Origin: Adineta vaga | Taxonomy: Eukaryota; Animalia; Rotifera | DNA length: 64,000 nt | NCBI GenBank assembly: GCA_021613535.1 | Contig: CP075492.1 | Coordinates: 12,090,001 to 12,154,000 of the forward strand | Direction: 5' to 3' | Shown here: piece after piece, positions 56,815-64,000 of the stretch | Layout of the letters: each line of letters begins with the position of its first letter | Numbering within the stretch: the first letter of the stretch is position 1 | The notes under the pieces: generated by a model | Databases searched by the model: none | What the model was told of the DNA's origin: nothing | The model's input: the letters and a program-made list of their open reading frames with translations, nothing else | Position numbers and translations under genes: made by a program

Positions 56815-57867
56815 ATTGATGCTAGGAACTCATCGTAAGTTAATTTCTTCAAGAAATATATCTTTGTATGTTATTTGTTTTCATATAATTACATAGATTT
56901 AATCAATAAGGAAGCTTTATCAGAATGTAGGAAAGGTGTTAAATTAGTGAATATTGCTCGTGGTGGAATTATTGATGAAGCAGCACCTCTTGATTCACTC
57001 AATTCTGGTCATTGCGGTGGTGCTGCTTTGGATGTTTTTGAAGAAGAATCACCAACTGATTTAAAACTTATTCAACATTCTGGTGTAATTATTACGCCAC
57101 ATTTAGGTGCGAATACATGTGAAGCACAAAAACGTGTTGCTATTGAATTAGCACAACAAATTATTGATTTTAAACAAGACCATTCATTAATTGGAGTAGT
57201 CAATGGATCAGCTTTTACACCACGATTTGGTCAAGGAAATCGACCTATTCTATTACTTAGTAAACGATTAGAACAAATTATTAGTGCATCATCTTCATCA
57301 ACACCTCAACATATATCCCTTTCATTTAATCGTAAGTTGGGATTTTTATTGTTTAGATAAATAGTTTTCTTTTTCTTTGTTTTAGATGCAGTTTCAAGTC
57401 ATTTATTTCAAGCACTTTCCATCTATTTCTCTTATGGATATTTACAAGAACAAGGAAATAAACGTGTTAATTTTGTCAATGCTCGTCATTCATTTGAAGT
57501 TGAAGTATGCGAGATATTTTCGAAGAATCTCGTTTTCAATCGATTTTTCTATTTGTAGATGGACATGGTAGTTGATAAGAATCAAGAATTGAATAATGTA
57601 TTAGTTGTTCGTGTGACAAGCGATAATGAAATTAAAGTATTATCCGGTATCGTTTGTGGTGATCATCTTTGGTTAGATAGTGTGAATCAATGTCGTTTCA
57701 TTGCTCATGTTCCACTTGATGATGAGAAAACTCATGTCGTCGTTCAACCAATAAAAGGATCATTTGTAGATCATCTTCGTGACAATACATCAAAGTATCA
57801 AAGTCGTATATCGGCTGTATTTGATACCATTTCACAAACGAGAAATAGTCAAGATCAAATCAATTAA
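56815..57867 (+). pseudogene. PHGDH: 5'-truncated duplicate of the 3' half of the PHGDH pseudogene
   Basis: Direct repeat of 53219-54262 at an offset of 3596 bp; lacks the promoter, N-terminus and NAD-binding GxGxxG region. Confidence 0.92.
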
Positions 57868-57915
57868 TAAAACATTCATTTTTAAAGGAAACTAATTTTT
57901 GTTTAAATAGAAACT

Positions 57916-58139
57916 TGAGGGTGCGGGCGTGGGTATATCTTCTTCGCCCACATCCACCCCACATCCGTACTCGGATCTCGACGGATCCGATAGGTGGCCA
58001 TAAGGCCATCATAGAATATAGCTAGAAACACCGCTTATAAAATTTGCAGCAATTTATTGAAAAATTTCCGATGGAATTCAATGCAAATCCGTCACCAGGA
58101 ATCCTGTCGAATCCAACGTTGGATTGGTCGACCTGGGTA
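57916..58139. repeat. GC-rich hairpin/telomere-like segment followed by a probable MITE/DNA-transposon end fragment
   Basis: TGAGGG-TGCGGG-CGTGGG facing inverted CCCACA units; perfect hairpins cggatc/gatccg and tggcc/ggcca; palindrome aatccaacgttggatt ending in GACCTGGG-TA. Confidence 0.5.
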
Positions 58140-59368
58140 CGGAATTCGATATTGTTGAAAAAAAAGAACGAGAAAGTAATCTCTTTCGACGAATTCTTTC
58201 ATGAAATGTCACAATTAAGACAAACGGTCGATGCTCAAAAGATCAATCAATGATGGATGATTATTCAAATACTAACGACATTCCTCATTGTACCTCTATA
58301 TTTTTCTATCTACATACATAGGCTTTTTCTTGATTCATCAAATTATTCTTTTTGAAATCATTAAAGCACTTTTCACTTTTTGTTCTTGAGATGTTGCTGC
58401 ATTGTATCTGATGAATTTTATATTTCCATAACAAATATATATTCATATGTAGTTGAATCTTATCTTTTATATCAGAAAATGGATAACCATTTCATGTAGC
58501 AGTATGAATATAACGATAAAATCTATTAAAATGAGCATACTCATGATATGATTTTGTTCTCGATGTGTAATAAAATTGTTCCTCTGTATTCGTTAATAGG
58601 CACTAACGAAACGTTGCTTTTTTCACAAGACTGAATATATTCAACATTTAGAATATCCTGTGTTTACCATTATCTTGTATTTAGTATTTACTAGACAAGA
58701 GAAGATGTAGTATATGTAGCAACATTCATGATATTATTAAATTGCAAGTTTTTAAACCAATAGAAAGATATACTAAGAATTTTGAAAATTCAAATCAATA
58801 TTTTAGTTTTACAGATGTGTCTCTGTTTTTCAATACATAAAAAATAACCCATTAAAATATTATATTCAATATGATCTGTTGAATATTGAAGTTCATAATT
58901 CAACTCAAACAAAGACACTAATGTTAGTAAAAAGATACTTTATGTTCAATATATCTAAATAAAAGATATGTAATAAAGGAATATAATTATTATGACTTAT
59001 TTCTTGTGTTGTATATCATTCTATATTCTCAAATAATGATAACAATTTTGTAGAGACAAAAAATATATTTTCTACTAACACAAGTTAAACATAATTTACA
59101 TAAAAATCAATTACAATGCCGATTTGTTCAACTCCAGAAGATAGCGCCGTCTATCTCAAAACGACTTCTCATATACATGTTACTGGTTCTGTACATCAGC
59201 GAATTGTCCAGTCTCATTTCTATTAAACAAACATATCAATCGATTGTCTGCTAATTTCGAACAAAGCCATTTGATTTGATACATTTTGAATTATTTTCAA
59301 AGATAAACCGAATATTTCCTATTTTCAGATCATTTATATTGCTAATTGTCATTCTCATATAAAGCAAC

Positions 59369-59668
59369 ATGTTTCTTATGTATTATCTTAACGAAAAAGG
59401 CGACCGAGTTTATACATTCAAAGTAAATTTTCTCAATTACTATAGTTTAATTTCATCTAATATTCTGTTGTAGAAAGTCGATCCATCAGGTAATCCAACT
59501 CAATCAGCTCATCCAGGTAAATTTCAGTTTTGCCAGAACTTACGAATAAGAATGAATGATCTTTTTTTAGCTAAATTTTCACCAGATGATCAATATTCTC
59601 GTCAACGACTTAAACTTAAAACACGTTACAGATTACTTTTAACACAAACACCACTTGCCAAGTGTTAA
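59369..59668 (+). CDS. NOP10: H/ACA ribonucleoprotein subunit NOP10, three exons (missed by the ORF track)
   Basis: Spliced [64 protein letters not shown]. Confidence 0.96.
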
Positions 59669-60393
59669 AATGTGCATCAACATTTTGTTGAAAGAAGAAT
59701 CAATGTGCTTTTTTGTTATTTCTGTTTTGAAATAAATTGAACGATCAGATTAACATAGTTTCTGTGCAGTGGAAAGTTATTGTAGAAATACTCTGTTCTA
59801 TATCTTTCACTAGTGGATCTTGGCACTAAGTGACAATGTAGAGTTTCACATTTTATGCAAATACGTAGAAGTGTGTATCACTAACCTACATTTTCATTCA
59901 TTAAAAGAATGACTAGAGATGTAGAATTTCGAAAAGAATAGCTGAAACTGATAATAGGTGTATCGAAAATCTAGATGTTCGTGTAAGTTAAACACAAAGA
60001 AAGAAATCGGTAACATTATTTTGATACTGCATCTGATAAATACATAAGAGCATGTATATGGCATTTACAGAGTCTACGACGGATACGGTAGTAACGATGG
60101 GTGTGAATATAAATGAATACGAAAAAATTACGCTCACACTCTGGCATCTACTACAACGACGAAAGTTTCTAGAAAACGAACTTCTTTGATCTTTGTATCG
60201 ATTAGACACGACATCTCTTCATCAAACTTATTTATTCGAATATCAACCAATAAAAATCTACTTGAATAGTAGCTGTAACTACTAGGAGAAGAGAAGAATC
60301 TCTTTTTTTCTAAATTACGTGTATTTTATCTTTTTTGATAAACTCATTTTTTATCTCTTTTCATTTACTTCTTTTTTAGATTGTTTGTTAGCA

Positions 60394-63300
60394 ATGGTTC
60401 CACCTCCGTCCGGTGACCAAGATTGGGAATTCGATAAATTTCATGATGGAGGTGCCAGGGGTATGAATGCATATCTTTTTCAGTGAATTCTCTATTAAAT
60501 CTTCAATCTTATATTCTAGAATTAGTATTAGGTGTACAATTGAAACGTTATACACGTTTTCTTAATACCCATAAACAAGCACTGAGACGTATTGAAGATT
60601 CACTTAGTTCGAATATTACACAAACATGGGATTATGATTTAAATCCAGTAGAACTCAAAGTATAGAGCATTTTATTTTAAAGACAAGCATACATTTCTTT
60701 CTTTATTTAGTATTTACCCTACGAACAAGCTCAAGTACTCGATTTAATTCGAACAGAAAATAAAATTTGCAATAAAATAGTTACTGTCTTTGCTGTACTA
60801 TGTTGTGAATGTAAATTCTTAGTACATGAATGTGAACGAAAATATCTTCCGGCTATCTTATTTTTTGGTGAAGGAGGTTAAATTATCTCATACATTGAAT
60901 TCTTTCTTTACATGTTTTTCTTCTTCTACTATGTAGAACAAGACGCTAAAGAACAACAACAAACATATATGGCACAATTTGTTTCTCTTCTTCAGGTTTG
61001 AATCATTGATAGTGTAGGTAATCTAAGACGTTATTATTTATTCTTCAAGGATTTATCATGTTACGTCAATCGCTGCAATGAAGTTGTATCGAATATTCTT
61101 CAACAATTATCTGCTCTTTATACTTTACAAGGAGTTCAAAATGGACGGTAAGATTTTTCTATGTGAAGATACAGATAATTTCATCTTGTATGCATTTTTA
61201 GTTCAATGCGATTGATGGATGCATCGGACCTGCATTTACCCGTAAGTACTTGAAAAAAAACATATGAGAGTTAAATCCATACTGTCGAATGATCGATCAA
61301 CTTCTTAATTTTGTTTATTCATATTTAGATTGTTTATGATCATTTGGGTGATTTATTTCGTTGTCTGATAACACTTGATGAATGCCTTCGTTCAAATTCA
61401 CAAATAGCTGAAAAATGGCCTGCATTTAAACGGTAACATCTATTCATATTATTTTTTTATTCAATTTTATTATCCTCTTTTAGTATCATAACATCAATAA
61501 AAAATAATGTTGATAAAGTTCACATTGATCTTTCTCGATTACCATCCTTTGAAAAAATTCTTATTGCACTCGAAGGTCAACTTTTAGATGGCCGTATTTT
61601 TCAAGTGAAACACACTAAAATGTTTATTATAATCACTAGAATCTACTTGTTTAGAATTGTATTGAACAAATATTTGATAATACCAATGTAACAGTGTCAA
61701 AAAATCCTTTATTACAAGAAGAAATTTCGCTTATGATTCGACAACTTCTCTTAACAATTGAACCTAAACTTGGTAAATAAAACAATTATATTATTTGTTT
61801 TTTTTGGTTCAACTTATTTCATTCATGAAAATTATTTAGGTGAAAATAATGAACTTGATGGTCGGATGAAATATGTTGGTATTTGTGCTCTATTCTGTTT
61901 ACATTATCAACTATATCGCATGGATGATAAAAAACAATTGAAAGCCATATGGGATGTTCATAAAAAGGTATGAATGATCTTAGCATTGATTCTTACATAT
62001 AAGAACAAAGAACTTGAAGTTGAGAACGATTTCGTATATTTAGATACCAATTGTTAATCTTTGTGGTAATGTTAGTTGGGTAGCAACGAAATTCTTATTG
62101 GAAAAATTTCCTCAATTTGCTCGATTACTTGATAAAAAAGCTTTACAAGCTGTTGAACAACAACGTATTACATACTTACAAACTAAAGAATCTTCATTAA
62201 CAAAGTAAATCTTTTTGATAACAAATCATTTGCATAGATTTTTATTTTTATCCTTTTCAGTCTTAAGTAAGAGATACTAATAAGCATGTTTTTATATTGT
62301 AACATGGGAGCTTCTTCTTTTTACTTTCACTCCTTGCATGTTTCGTTATTACACTCGAAGAAAAATAGCAACAATTCATTGAATAATTTTATTCTCTGTA
62401 TATATTTAGAGATCTACAACGAAGTTATCTCGATGTTTTAACCTGGCTTGTACGAATGGAATCAACAGTAACAACCGATGATGCAAATGAAACTGCATTA
62501 ATTAATGATGTTCTAAAGAAAACATCATTATTGAATCATGTATGTCATTTGACGTAAATAAATTTTTCGTTCACGAAAATTTTCGTATTCTTAGGGTCTA
62601 TTTCATGCATATACATTATCACATACGATTAAAACTTTAATTGGTCTTCATTCAACACTTCGATTGCCTATGAAATCGGAATGTATGCTTGTTATTTATC
62701 GTTATACAGAATTATTAAAAGTTATTGAATCAACTTATCATCGACATGCAATGGCTATTGCACCCTATTTTAATTCTATCATGCAATTTCATTCTCAACG
62801 TTTGCTAAAAATTATTGCTATTGCAAAAGTAAACTAGTTTTTTATTTGACATGTATTTGTTTATGTTGAATTTTCTATAGAAACGAATTTCAATTGTAAC
62901 AGATAAACGATTTACTGACAAACAAGTCGATGTACTTGCTGCACTTGTTCTAGCAGAATCATGTTTAAATGGACCTTGTAAGTTTGTTCATTATTTATTT
63001 ATTCGATTTCTATTCGATTTGTTTTAGGTACGAAAGAACGTTTGTTGATATTTCGATTAGCATTTTCATTTGGTTCTCGATTGGTATAATTCTTCTATTC
63101 TGAATCGATAATTTCCAATGATTCTCTTTTCATTCATTATAGAAAACTTGTCGAGATGAAGAAATGGTGGCTATTGAAGAGGCATTACGCAAATTAGAAA
63201 CATTAGCTGCATTTTCAGAAAAGTAATTGCTAGATTTAATGATTTCTTCATCTTAGTTTTGTATAGACTTTATGCGGCTTGTGATACGACATTTATCTAT

Positions 63301-64000
63301 TGGGAACAAAGTTCATTTCGATTGTATTTACAAGATTTATTTCTAACAGTTCGAGATCCACATCGATTACACGTGAGATTTGATTGATTTTGAAAACGAA
63401 AAAAAAAAGAATTATTGTCATCGTTTCTAGTTCATATTTACTGCACTTCGTGATTGTGTTCCATCATTACGAGCGATTCGTCATGATAAACCACAGAAAT
63501 TGATCACTACATATAAGAATGAAATTATGAAAATGTTCGATCAAGTTAGTATAAAAACAAGCAATATTTGAAAGAGAAAGACAAAGAATTTCAATTTAGT
63601 GTTTTCTCCAAGAACTATTCAAAACAATTGAAGATGACCTGCGTTGTTTATGTCATGCACATTTAGAAGTTGGTGATCGAAGTGTGTTTCGATCGAGTTT
63701 TAAAGATGTTACACCATTTCTGGATGTTAAACCCATTCGATGTTTTGATGAATTTATTAGTATAAAAGGTAAGAAGATTGAATTCAAAACGTCTGATCTT
63801 CATCGATCGATTCGTTTTAGGAGCGGTAGAAAGTTATTTAGATAAGATTTTCTATGATTATACAACAGCATCATCAACCGATTGGAATACATATTCAGAA
63901 ATGCGAAATTTAGCATCACAAAAATATGGATTAGATTTACATGAACCGCATTTACCAAGTAAAACCCTTGAACAAGTAAGAATAACATCGACTTTCTTTT
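60394..64000 (+). CDS. WASHC4: WASH complex subunit 4 (SWIP/KIAA1033), 5' part; runs off the window
   Basis: [10 protein letters not shown]...[10 protein letters not shown]...LRRIEDSL...[17 protein letters not shown]...[19 protein letters not shown]; later IEDDLR.LCHAHL and [12 protein letters not shown]. Confidence 0.93.

Overview
AT-rich (roughly 30% GC by eye) eukaryotic genomic DNA with dense genes and many short GT-AG introns (~45-65 nt). This architecture is most consistent with a bdelloid rotifer (Adineta/Rotaria-like); that taxon is an inference, not proven. The ORF track mostly shows single exons, so gene models were assembled by hand across splice sites. Recognisable genes: ELMOD-like, AIG1/ADTRP, TMEM232, COX5B, ATG13 (+); IGF2BP/Imp (-); ZC3H11A-like, YME1L1, a BAG3-like co-chaperone and a divergent non-alpha nicotinic receptor subunit (+); G-protein gamma, lethal giant larvae, PSMB4, an orphan N-myristoylation-motif protein and a SRCIN1/KIAA1217-like gene (-); NOP10 and the 5' part of WASHC4 (+). 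An island at ~50.9-58.2 kb holds a foldback element, an orphan pseudogene, a PHGDH pseudogene, a near-identical 1.04-kb PHGDH duplicate and a GC-rich telomere-like/hairpin scar. The best leads are operon-like same-strand clusters with splice acceptors just before the ATGs (SL trans-splicing candidates), a 6-nt WASHC4 microexon with RBFOX sites, tandem microexons in ZC3H11A, a loop-C-truncated Cys-loop receptor, and several candidate structured ncRNAs. No tRNA, rRNA or CRISPR features were seen.
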